From NCBI GenBank assembly GCA_964461985.1, contig CAYWWG010000001.1:1-56379 (forward strand): DNA of 56,379 nt, in the 5' to 3' direction. The stretch comes from an uncultured Candidatus Saccharibacteria bacterium. Its GTDB lineage: Bacteria; Patescibacteriota; Minisyncoccia; Phycocordibacterales; UBA9973. Positions within the stretch are counted from its first letter, which is position 1; each line of letters begins with the position of its first letter. The translations under genes and the position numbers were made by a program. Below are positions 1-8,157 of this stretch, piece by piece. The notes beneath the pieces are model-generated. The model did not search any database and was not told the DNA's origin. It worked only from the letters and a program-made list of their open reading frames with translations.

Positions 1-54
1 ATTGTAAATCACTTTTAATACCAGCCCAATTAGCAGTTCTGAACTTGTCCACTA

Positions 55-106
55 GGGGGAGCAAAGTAAAAAACGTCAGCAATGGCGTTTTTTACTTTGC
101 TCCCCC
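55..106. terminator. Long perfect hairpin with A-tract/T-tract arms, resembling a bidirectional intrinsic terminator
   Basis: gggggagcaaagtaaaaaacg (55-75) is the exact reverse complement of cgttttttactttgctccccc (86-106). The stem can extend by 2 more pairs (one G-U) to leave a 6-nt loop, agcaat. Confidence 0.6.
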
Positions 107-290
107 GAGTACGCAAACTGCTTTGCTTGTGTGTAGGAGATCGAAGACCTTGAGTATATTTATGAGAATGTAATCATTCGAAGAAATACGAAAGGTGTAC
201 AGCGCCTGTAAGGCGAGGATCCTTACCGGGTTTTTGGTCGTAGGTTTCGAGTCGTCTCAACGACGAGAGGCTATCCCTACCGGGGGAGCC
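99..290. ncRNA. Unassigned GC-enriched structured intergenic region (candidate ncRNA or leader; strand unresolved)
   Basis: gctcccccg (99-107) is complementary to cgggggagc (281-289), closing a ~190-nt domain. Local hairpins lie inside it: tcgtc/gacga at 252-266, nested in gtagg/cctac at 242-280. There is no ORF, and GC looks clearly above the surrounding sequence by eye. Confidence 0.3.
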
Positions 291-425
291 ATATAAACTT
301 AATCACCAAGATAAATATAAGATATTTTGAAATAATCTTTATAAAGAAATGTGTTTAAGGGAGTGCATGTTTGAGTATAAAAAAACCACCCTTTGATAGA
401 TGGTTTTGTAAAATCTTTTTTAAAA

Positions 426-800
426 CTACTCAATGTTTTTAGTTACTGACTCAGCAGCCGAAATCTTTTCTTCAATGATTTTCTTTAACATGACCATACT
501 TGATACATTCATAGGGTCCAGGTGTTGTGCAATATCGAAAGCACAATACTTCACCTGCTTGAGGGTATCTTTTACTCGGCCAGGCAGATTCATTTCATCA
601 ACAGCATCATAAGCCTTACGTAATTTCACTGTTGGCTTTTCAGTAAAATTCTGAACAATGAAGTCGTGCAGTATTTTACAATTTTCTCCTACATGTGGCT
701 GTTCTGTATGAGTCGGGCCATGCCATATTGCATAACTGTTTAAAAGTTCATGGAGGTTTTTTATTTCCAAATCTTTCCTTTTTAATTGTGGTAAGTCCAT
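426..800 (-). CDS. hypothetical protein (124 aa)
   Basis: Intact ORF with no recognisable motif. A hairpin plus T-run lies downstream on the minus strand (~385-410). Confidence 0.5.
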   Translation of the reverse strand: MDLPQLKRKDLEIKNLHELLNSYAIWHGPTHTEQPHVGENCKILHDFIVQNFTEKPTVKLRKAYDAVDEMNLPGRVKDTLKQVKYCAFDIAQHLDPMNVSSMVMLKKIIEEKISAAESVTKNIE

Positions 801-850
801 AAATAAGATTTTTAATTACTTTACACTGTTGTCCTACTTTGTCAAACTCT

Positions 851-897
851 TTCGAACCTTATCCCAAGGTTAAAATGTAAAATTTGTCAACAAATTT
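851..897 (+). repeat. Box+hairpin repeat, copy 2 (ttcgaaccttatccca + aaatttg/caaattt hairpin)
   Basis: The box at 851-866 matches 1485-1501 and 37-52. The hairpin is at 880-897. It lies in a divergent promoter region where no terminator is needed. Confidence 0.5.
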
Positions 898-1033
898 ATG
901 TGTGACCGATCCCTATTGGTAAGTTGACAAATAAATATACCATGCTATTGTAACAACATTGTTCTTTAATAATGAATTTGATTGGTTTTCAGAGGAGCTT
1001 TTGGTTTTTGTGGAAACCAATTAAATAAATCAC

Positions 1034-1429
1034 ATGACAACTAAAATAAAAAAAATAATCATAATCATGATTACTCTAATTTCCTTTCTAGGTTCTATTG
1101 AAAAGATAAAAGGTAGTGATAATATTTTTGCTATAATTTTCTTTCTCTCACTTATACTTCTGTGTTTGGTTTTTACTAATACAAAGACGCAAAACAATAT
1201 AAATATCACAGATATCAATAATGATGATTTAAACAAGCAATTACTTGTTTGTGAATTTATAAAAGAAATTGATAGCTACTATCAGGGTTTGTCGTTCACG
1301 GAACCGCAAAGTTTTGATCGATCGGTATATGTTAATAAGTGGGAAGATAGAAAATCATATTGGAAAAAAATATTAGGTAATGAGACGTTCAAAAATATTT
1401 ATTTGAAAACATGTAAGAACTATTTATAA
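1034..1429 (+). CDS. hypothetical membrane protein (131 aa)
   Basis: ORF with hydrophobic N-terminal segments. A TTGACA -35-like hexamer is at 924-929, and a hairpin terminator (ggttgaac...gttcagcc) follows the stop. Confidence 0.55.
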   Translation: MTTKIKKIIIIMITLISFLGSIEKIKGSDNIFAIIFFLSLILLCLVFTNTKTQNNINITDINNDDLNKQLLVCEFIKEIDSYYQGLSFTEPQSFDRSVYVNKWEDRKSYWKKILGNETFKNIYLKTCKNYL

Positions 1430-1484
1430 AGAAAATAATGTATTCAAAAGGTTGAACTATTACTGTTCAGCCTTTTATATTTCT

Positions 1485-1549
1485 TTCCGAACTTCATCCC
1501 ACATTCGAAGCAAAGCATAAAACGCCAACAACGGCGTTTTATATTTTTT
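1485..1549 (+). repeat. Box+hairpin repeat, copy 3 (ttccgaacttcatccca + ataaaacgcc/ggcgttttat terminator hairpin)
   Basis: It aligns with 37-106 through the box, the agcaaag..aaaacg arm, the loop and the cgtttt arm. The 10-bp stem is at 1517-1526/1533-1542, followed by a T-run. Confidence 0.6.
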
Positions 1550-1559
1550 CAACTCGCCT

Positions 1560-1588
1560 TTGACATTTTGAGTAAATTATGTAATATT
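1560..1588 (+). promoter_or_regulatory. sigma70-type promoter (TTGACA-17 nt-TAATAT) for ORF 1612
   Basis: ttgaca at 1560-1565, a 17-nt spacer, and taatat at 1583-1588. Confidence 0.6.
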
Positions 1589-1611
1589 CGATTAAATTAA
1601 ATGTACAAATA

Positions 1612-2094
1612 ATGAAACATCTAAAAATATATGATGGTAAAAAAGTTATTACAATTAAGTCAGTAGATGATCTATGTTTTCTTCCAGACAAGTCGATTAA
1701 ACTCGTGTTTGATAATTCAAACTATGTGACTGTGTTGCATCTATATATAATTTACAGAGTAGATGTGTATTTGCAAGAGAAAGGGTGTTCCGCTAAGACA
1801 AGGGTTAAATATTTTAATATGTGTATTAATAATTTAGAATCTTTTCTTGAATACGAAAAGGAATTTCTAATGAATAATGCAACTACTTTTATTATTAAAC
1901 CTGACAGTATACCAAAAGGCCTTAAAAAAATATACAGGGATTCTGTAATAGCAACTTGTAATTTTTTCAGAGGAATACTGTCTACAACTTCTTTTTTGGA
2001 TAAAGGCCTGTTTCCATCAATAGAGGACAAGAAAATGGTAAGGCATAATTATGGTAATATGATTTCCGCCCTTCTTGATTCTATTGAAGATTAA
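1612..2094 (+). CDS. hypothetical protein (160 aa)
   Basis: Intact ORF with its own promoter and a downstream hairpin (aaggctggc...gtcagcctt, then a T-run). Confidence 0.6.
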   Translation: MKHLKIYDGKKVITIKSVDDLCFLPDKSIKLVFDNSNYVTVLHLYIIYRVDVYLQEKGCSAKTRVKYFNMCINNLESFLEYEKEFLMNNATTFIIKPDSIPKGLKKIYRDSVIATCNFFRGILSTTSFLDKGLFPSIEDKKMVRHNYGNMISALLDSIED

Positions 2095-2156
2095 AATAAG
2101 AATTTGTCTAAGGCTGGCCATGTGTCAGCCTTTTTATATGCCAATTTGAACTTATA

Positions 2157-2185
2157 TTGACATTTTTATATAATAATGCTATAAT
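2157..2185 (+). promoter_or_regulatory. sigma70-type promoter (TTGACA-17 nt-TATAAT)
   Basis: ttgaca at 2157-2162, a 17-nt spacer, and tataat at 2180-2185. Confidence 0.6.
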
Positions 2186-2291
2186 CTAAATCATAAGTTA
2201 TTTGATATAAATTATGTAATTGTTGGGTTTTCTCTGTTTCTTTTAGGATTAGAGATGACCTAATAATCATAATTTTTAAACTTATCCGCAA

Positions 2292-2498
2292 ATGAAAGAT
2301 CAAATTTATTCAATGTTCCAGGATTTTAAAAGGACATATCCAAAAAGTCTGGATATACTTAAGTCTTTTTTACTAACAATAATTATTTTGGTGGTAATGA
2401 TACTAAGGGGCTATATATTATACGAAGCCCTAATTATAAGTGTAGTTTTCGGATCGATTTTTGTTTGGATTTTCAGCGCATCTTGGAGTTCCGAATAG
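2292..2498 (+). CDS. small hypothetical membrane protein (68 aa)
   Basis: ORF with two hydrophobic stretches. A GC-stem terminator (acccccgt...acgggggt) follows. Confidence 0.5.
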   Translation: MKDQIYSMFQDFKRTYPKSLDILKSFLLTIIILVVMILRGYILYEALIISVVFGSIFVWIFSASWSSE

Positions 2499-2645
2499 CC
2501 CCCTAAATATAAACTTCTTAATAACCCCCGTCTTGAAATAAGTACGGGGGTTTATTTTTTCGAAATGTTTTTATGAAGTCACTAAATACTTTGAGTGATT
2601 ATTTATTTAATTAAAAAGAGCCACTTGCGTGGCTCTAGACTGTGT

Positions 2646-3392
2646 TTACTTGTAATTGTTCAATAAAAATTTTAACCATTCATTTGCAATCCGTTCTTGC
2701 TCTTTTGCGTAAGCTTCGTTTCGTTCGGCATTACTTGCAATCATTTTTTCGCGAGCGTTCATGTAAACTTCCACTTTTTTCTGGAATTCATTAATGGTAT
2801 TGTATTTTTTTGAATCATATAAACTTTTACTTACTTTCAGATGCTCAAGCATTTCCGCTTTGTGTTCGATGAAACTTTCGTACAGCTCATTTTTGGTGTC
2901 TTGGTCACTGGTTTCGTCGATCATCTTCTTAACTTTTTTCCAAGACGCTTCTAGTTTTTTTTTTACATAATCTTCTACAGTTTTCCATTGTTCTTGGTCG
3001 TAGTCGATTGCTGTACTAGAGAGTTTTGTTATTTCAGAGATCTTTTCGTCTGCCAGTGCGAAAACTTTTTTTGAAAATTCATCTGAATATGACCTTAATG
3101 CTTTGGCGTAGGTGTATTTACTTTCGATTACTTCCTTTATGTAACGGATTTGTAATTTTTTGCTATGCATAGCAATCAAATACACAATCGGAATAACGAT
3201 GAATGCACCAATAACATCAATGGCAAGTAATCTAATAGGCCACAAGTTTTTTAAAAGGTTTATGTGCATATAGCCACCCATTATAATCAGTGTAATGATA
3301 ATCAATACACCAGAGATGTAAAAAAATACTACAAGATAGCTTACAGCTATTTTAGCTGCATTTTTACGGATATCTTTTATGTTTATGTTCAT
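2646..3392 (-). CDS. hypothetical membrane protein with a coiled-coil C-terminal half (248 aa)
   Basis: Two N-terminal TM segments followed by K/E-rich helical sequence. A TTGACA-17-TTATAT promoter lies on the minus strand near 3450-3480. Confidence 0.65.
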   Translation of the reverse strand: MNINIKDIRKNAAKIAVSYLVVFFYISGVLIIITLIIMGGYMHINLLKNLWPIRLLAIDVIGAFIVIPIVYLIAMHSKKLQIRYIKEVIESKYTYAKALRSYSDEFSKKVFALADEKISEITKLSSTAIDYDQEQWKTVEDYVKKKLEASWKKVKKMIDETSDQDTKNELYESFIEHKAEMLEHLKVSKSLYDSKKYNTINEFQKKVEVYMNAREKMIASNAERNEAYAKEQERIANEWLKFLLNNYK

Positions 3393-3547
3393 TTTTAAAG
3401 GAGTATTAAAGTTTTAGGGAACTTGATTTATAATAACATATAAGCATAATATATGTATATTGTCAATGCAATTGCCTGTAAAACGCACATATTTTCATGT
3501 GACGTTTCGAAAAAAGTAGTATTAAATTAATTATAAAATGGATATTG

Positions 3548-3590
3548 TTTAATCTTCCGAGTTTAAAAAATTAATTACAGAAACTACTTA
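3548..3590 (-). repeat. 43-nt diverged copy of the apt 3' end (direct repeat partner of 4354-4396)
   Basis: About 36/43 identical to 4354-4396. On the minus strand it reads VVSVINFLNSED-stop, versus the apt C-terminus IISIINFVNPED-stop. Confidence 0.7.
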
Positions 3591-4231
3591 GCTTTATTTA
3601 AAATACCATTGTTCCATATATATGTAGGGTAGTGTTTTTCACAATTTATATTATTGATATTTTCAGGACAAACAGCTTCAATGATTTTTTTGTTTTTAGC
3701 ATCCACCATGATGTTTGCCATGACACTTAAATCTTTGTTGTACTTGAATTGGTTATTTATAGGGTCAAATAAAAAGATATAAGAATTTTCAATTTGAGAC
3801 CCGTTGTTATACATACTACTAATGTCGTTGTATCCATCAAAGTTATAGTCTGTGTTAACATTTATAACTTCTGCGCCAGAAGATAGATCTGCAACCCAGC
3901 CGGTATCGTTTTCCGGTATGTCTTTTCCGTATATTGTCTGGTTTACTGAACCACTAATTGTTAATTTTTCATGATTGCAAGAAAGCGTAATATTTATTGG
4001 CAAATCTTTTTTGATAAAACCAGTATATTTATTTTCTACACCAAAACCTTCTTCATATCCCTCATTTTTTTCACCAGTACAATCAGTGTCAACAGCTTTT
4101 GGAATTTCCTTTGTTGTTATAGGGGCTATTTCTGGGGTTTTTATATTATTTATTTTCAAAAAGTAATAACCAGTACTGATAAGTATACAAATTATAATAG
4201 TTGACACAACAATAGTTTTAGAATTTTTCAT
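3584..4231 (-). CDS. hypothetical secreted or membrane-anchored protein (215 aa)
   Basis: N-terminal signal-anchor (VVSTIIICILISTGYYF). Contains a D-x-N-x-D-G-x-x-D-like stretch (DYNFDGYND). Confidence 0.65.
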   Translation of the reverse strand: MKNSKTIVVSTIIICILISTGYYFLKINNIKTPEIAPITTKEIPKAVDTDCTGEKNEGYEEGFGVENKYTGFIKKDLPINITLSCNHEKLTISGSVNQTIYGKDIPENDTGWVADLSSGAEVINVNTDYNFDGYNDISSMYNNGSQIENSYIFLFDPINNQFKYNKDLSVMANIMVDAKNKKIIEAVCPENINNINCEKHYPTYIWNNGILNKAK

Positions 4232-4354
4232 GCTTTAATAATACTAAATATCAATTCATATTACAATTGTAGAATTAAAAATTGTATTTTTGCGTAACAT
4301 ATTTACTGAACTAATTTTTAAAACCCTGCATGTTGTGCATGCAGGGCTGATTAT

Positions 4355-4927
4355 TTAATCTTCCGGGTTAACAAAATTAATTATAGAAATAATTGGCGAT
4401 TTGAATTCTTCAAGAATTTTTCTACCACTAAGGTATTCTAATTCGATTAAGAAATGAAAACCTTCGATTATGCCACCTTGATTGAGAATGATTTTGGCAG
4501 CAGCTTCTGATGTACCACCAGTGGCAAGTAAGTCGTCGTGGATCAAAACTCTCATGCCTGGTTTTATTAAACCGCTTTGAACAGATATTTCGTCCTGACC
4601 ATATTCTTTTTCGAATACTTGCGTAACCAGTTTGCCAGGCAGTTTGCCTTTTTTACGGGCCATAATAAGTGGAATTCCGTACATATAGGCATACATGCCA
4701 CCGTACAGAAAACCTCTGGCATCGAACGCAAGTATTACATCGGGTTTCAAGTCCGCTTCCTTAATGCTTTTTTGCATTGATTCTATAACCATTCGGTTAA
4801 TATTTGGAAACATAAGTAAGCTTTGGATGTCTTTGAATCGAACACCTGGCTTAGGGAAATCATTGTAAGTCTTTAAGTATCTACGAATAGATTCTTTTAA
4901 TTCATTTTCTTTTTTTAATGTACTCAT
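4355..4927 (-). CDS. apt: adenine phosphoribosyltransferase
   Basis: DFPKPGVRFKDIQSLL N-terminal signature and the PRPP-binding motif VLIHDDLLATGGT. Confidence 0.92.
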   Translation of the reverse strand: MSTLKKENELKESIRRYLKTYNDFPKPGVRFKDIQSLLMFPNINRMVIESMQKSIKEADLKPDVILAFDARGFLYGGMYAYMYGIPLIMARKKGKLPGKLVTQVFEKEYGQDEISVQSGLIKPGMRVLIHDDLLATGGTSEAAAKIILNQGGIIEGFHFLIELEYLSGRKILEEFKSPIISIINFVNPED

Positions 4928-4941
4928 AAAAATAATAAGAT

Positions 4942-5472
4942 TTAAAATTGATCGATATCAGGTTTTTTACCTGTTTTTAAATAGTCTGCATAGGCTTTCA
5001 ATATCAAGCCGTGGTCGAGGGCAAAGTCTTCTGCATTGAAATTATTTACATCAGTGTAAAAAGTTTCGTTTGTTTCTACTCCATCAGGGGTAGGTACAGT
5101 ATCAGAACTGGCAATGAAAACGGTATCAAATGTATGATGTGACTCTATTTGTACATCGGCTGATACACCGTCTGGGATAGGGTTACCATCAAGGTACTTT
5201 TCCAGGCTTACGTTGCGGACATCTCTGTCAACTTTTGAACACAAACAAAAGATTTCAATATCTTTTAAATTTTTGACATTTACTTCTTCTTTTGCTTCGT
5301 CAATGGCCGTTTCAAGCCAGTTTTGATGTCCAATTTTTACTCGGCCACCGGGTAGGATAGATTTAAATTTGTGTTTAGAACCACTTTTCATGGTGACCAC
5401 TTTTGACGGGTCATTTTCTTTGTAGATAATAACGGTTGCAGTAGGTACTGCTACTTTCAATTTATTTGTCAT
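4942..5472 (-). CDS. Nudix-family hydrolase (degenerate Nudix box)
   Basis: GGRVKIGHQNWLETAIDEAKEEVNV resembles Gx5Ex7REUxEExGU, with Asp in place of Arg. The start is placed at MTNKLKV; the ORF is open back to 5508. Confidence 0.6.
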   Translation of the reverse strand: MTNKLKVAVPTATVIIYKENDPSKVVTMKSGSKHKFKSILPGGRVKIGHQNWLETAIDEAKEEVNVKNLKDIEIFCLCSKVDRDVRNVSLEKYLDGNPIPDGVSADVQIESHHTFDTVFIASSDTVPTPDGVETNETFYTDVNNFNAEDFALDHGLILKAYADYLKTGKKPDIDQF

Positions 5473-5620
5473 ATTTTTAAGGTTTATTTTCCTGATACAC
5501 CATATCATATAATTTGTATATGTAAAGCAATTGCATTAACATAAACTATTTGACACATCTTTAAAAAGGTGTAGTATTTGGTTAAATTAAATAAGTTCAA
5601 ACAACTAAAATAATATACCA

Positions 5621-6178
5621 ATGTCAATAACTAACGGAACTGTTGGTAGGGTTTCAGTACGATACCCCGACAGAATAAAAATTACTGCTAAGTTAGATGA
5701 AGAATCTGGAAAATATTGTGGTGTCTGCGACGAAACACACAACGGGCAACATTCACTACATGCTTTTACAACAAAACCATATTTTGATACTGAAAGTATG
5801 GCAATTGAAAAAACAAGATTTATTTGTCGTAGAATGCTTCAAAGTTACATGTCAGACACATTGTTCAAACTTGAGATGGAAGAATTGTTGCGAGAATATA
5901 AAAGTTTAGAGCTTTTATTGACTGTAGAATCATTTTCTGACACATGTAATTGGAAAAACGAAAAAATAAATTTACTGTGTTATAGCAATGAAATTTTTGT
6001 TAATGAACAAAAGGCTTTGGTGCAATATAATGGTACTTTTATAAGATTTACACCAGCATATAACAGAAATGAATTCAGAAGTATTGGTGCTAAACACTGT
6101 TCGTTCTATGACGATATCGACACCGAATACCCCAGCATTGAAGAGGTTTATAAAAAGTTAGAACCTTTTCTTGTTTGA
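5621..6178 (+). CDS. hypothetical protein (185 aa)
   Basis: Intact ORF with a TTGACA-16-TAGTAT promoter at ~5551-5578 and a terminator hairpin (aacctg...caggtt) after the stop. Confidence 0.6.
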   Translation: MSITNGTVGRVSVRYPDRIKITAKLDEESGKYCGVCDETHNGQHSLHAFTTKPYFDTESMAIEKTRFICRRMLQSYMSDTLFKLEMEELLREYKSLELLLTVESFSDTCNWKNEKINLLCYSNEIFVNEQKALVQYNGTFIRFTPAYNRNEFRSIGAKHCSFYDDIDTEYPSIEEVYKKLEPFLV

Positions 6179-6222
6179 TAATAATTTTAAATAAAAACCT
6201 GTTGTGTGCAGGTTTTTTAAAA

Positions 6223-6756
6223 TTATTTAAAACGATATGTTTTATGTACCACCCAAATATTGTCTATTCGTTTAAATATAGTGAGGTTATTAAATTCAAA
6301 TGTAAAATTTGGTTCAGGTAGGGTTTGTACGTAATTCCAAATTTCCGCACACTGTTGTGAATTTAAAAATCGCGCGATAGAAGAGTGTAGTTTAATAGGG
6401 CGTTAAATAATTTTATTGTTTTCTATATAGTTTTCTAATTTATCAATTGTATTTTCAATATTTTGCGTCCCATCTTTTGTGCTGACAGAAAGGTATATTG
6501 TATTATTTTTCGTGCCGTCAAATTTCTCAAAACCATTTATAGTTAGATTAGAAGTTTTGGTTTTACTAGCAATTTCAAATACATAATTTTCAAAATCTTC
6601 TATATCTGATATTTCGTTTGGAATTTTCAATGTTAAATGTGGTGGTATAGATAAAGATAGATTAATAATACCAAAACGCTGTGCAATGTCAGATGTAACT
6701 TGTTTGTAGTATTCTGATGCCTCGTTTTCAATTAAATACCCAACGAAATATTCCAT
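6223..6756 (-). pseudogene. 2H phosphoesterase (LigT/ThpR-like) interrupted by an in-frame TAA
   Basis: The first H-x-T-x motif (PPHLTL) is in the 117-aa ORF 6403-6756. After the TAA at 6403-6405 the same frame continues for 59 codons, RPIKLHSSIARF...HKTYRFK, to the stop at 6223-6225. This part contains the second H-x-S/T-x motif (LHSS). Combined length ~177 aa, typical of the family. Confidence 0.7.
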
Positions 6757-6849
6757 GTAGTTATTCTAGCATAGGTGTAGTATTTATAAAAAACTTTGTT
6801 TGACAAAATGCATAAATAAAGTTATTATAAATAAAAATTCTTTTACATT

Positions 6850-7830
6850 ATGAAGCAAAAAAATATTATAGATACCTTACAAGGTATAGCGATTGGCGAC
6901 GCATTTGGTGTCGGACTTGAATTTAAAAGTCGATTCTGGATAGCTGAAAATGTTCATTTTGATAAATACATGAACGAATGGAATGCAGGTAATAACACCA
7001 TTGTTCCTGGTGCATATTCTGATGATACCGAACACACAATAGGTGTAGTCGAAGCACTTCTTTCCGGGCAACCTTTTTCTGAAGAGCTTTTATTGGAAAA
7101 GTTTAAGCTTGAATACGAAAACGACAAAAAAATAAAAGGTTTTCCACGTGACGGCCACGGATCTATCGAAAAATGGTACAAAGGTGAAATGGCAATAGAT
7201 CAAGTGCGAAAAATTCAATCTGTACGAGAGGACCCAGGTAACGCACCAGTTATGCGTGCAGTACCAATTTGTTTTGCACCCAGAACACATGTTTACCCTT
7301 ATTCGATTATTAATGCCAACTGCACACATCCAAACGAAAATGCACGGCGAGCAAGTGTACTAACTGTTTTAACCGCATGGCACTTTTTAAGAAACGAAGG
7401 TGAGCCTGGTGAGTTGATTCCTTTTTTACTTGGCCATATAGCTGATGAAGAAGTGAAATTTTTATTAGAGAACGTTGATGTTTTACCCAAGCAGTCTAGT
7501 TTGAAAGAAGAAGACTATTTGTTTCTGCATGGTGTACAGCCTTTGCCCTATATAAAATGGGACAGTAATGTGTATGGCATGCCCTGTGCAGTTCTTAAAA
7601 CCGCATTGAACGTTGTTTATATACTGAAACACAATACGAATGCTTTTGATGCACTAAAATCCAGCATATTAATGGGCGGTGATGTAGATTCCTTGGCTGC
7701 TGTTTGTACTGGTATTGCCGGTGGTAAATATGGACTGGATTCTATACCAAAATTCATGTTCGAAAAAACTGAAGGTTTAGACCGTTTGGAAACACTTGGC
7801 AAGAGGGTATATATGAAGTTTTTTATGTAA
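6850..7830 (+). CDS. ADP-ribosylglycohydrolase family protein (DraG/ARH-like)
   Basis: GIAIGDAFGVGLEF, YSDDTEHT and GGDVDSLAAVCTGIAGG match the family metal-binding motifs. Confidence 0.88.
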   Translation: MKQKNIIDTLQGIAIGDAFGVGLEFKSRFWIAENVHFDKYMNEWNAGNNTIVPGAYSDDTEHTIGVVEALLSGQPFSEELLLEKFKLEYENDKKIKGFPRDGHGSIEKWYKGEMAIDQVRKIQSVREDPGNAPVMRAVPICFAPRTHVYPYSIINANCTHPNENARRASVLTVLTAWHFLRNEGEPGELIPFLLGHIADEEVKFLLENVDVLPKQSSLKEEDYLFLHGVQPLPYIKWDSNVYGMPCAVLKTALNVVYILKHNTNAFDALKSSILMGGDVDSLAAVCTGIAGGKYGLDSIPKFMFEKTEGLDRLETLGKRVYMKFFM

Positions 7831-7887
7831 TATTGACTTTATTTAAGATGTGTGATATGGTTTATTGAGAAAAATTAAACACACAAT

Positions 7888-8067
7888 ATGAAAGTATTAA
7901 TCGTATTAGCCTTGGCACTAAGTATAAGGCTATTTCTGAATATGCGTAATAGCAAAAAAGAAAAAGCAAGAAAAGAAATTTATTCGCACGGCGAAAGAGA
8001 TGATTCACTCGATACTTTTGTTGTAAAAACAAAAGCGGCCGAAGATCAACCAAAGCGTGCAAAATAA
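7888..8067 (+). CDS. small hypothetical membrane-anchored protein (59 aa)
   Basis: ATG ORF MKVLIVLALALSIRLF... followed directly by the terminator at 8072-8103. Preferred over the antisense 66-aa ORF. Confidence 0.45.
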   Translation: MKVLIVLALALSIRLFLNMRNSKKEKARKEIYSHGERDDSLDTFVVKTKAAEDQPKRAK

Positions 8068-8071
8068 AATA

Positions 8072-8103
8072 ACCCCCGCGTATTTATATGTCGGGGGTTT
8101 ATT
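8072..8103 (+). terminator. intrinsic terminator
   Basis: acccccg (8072-8078) pairs with cgggggt (8092-8098), followed by a T-run. Confidence 0.7.
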
Positions 8104-8157
8104 GTTGACATAAGTGTTAATAATGTGTATAGTTAAACGAGTCTTAAATCTTTAAAA

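Noticed and set aside
99-290. tmRNA, RNase P RNA, SRP RNA or 6S RNA identity for the 5' structured region
   Set aside because: No GGGG...UUCGAC 5' end, T-arm plus ACCA 3' end, or ...ALAA-type tag frame, so tmRNA is unlikely. No GAGGAAAGUCC (RNase P), no GGAAGCAGCC-type SRP domain IV, and no long rod with a central bubble (6S). It is left unassigned.
7862-8062. 66-aa minus-strand ORF downstream of the ADP-ribosylglycohydrolase gene
   Set aside because: The plus strand has an ATG ORF (7888-8067) with a plausible signal-anchor and an immediately following intrinsic terminator. The minus ORF has neither a promoter nor a terminator.
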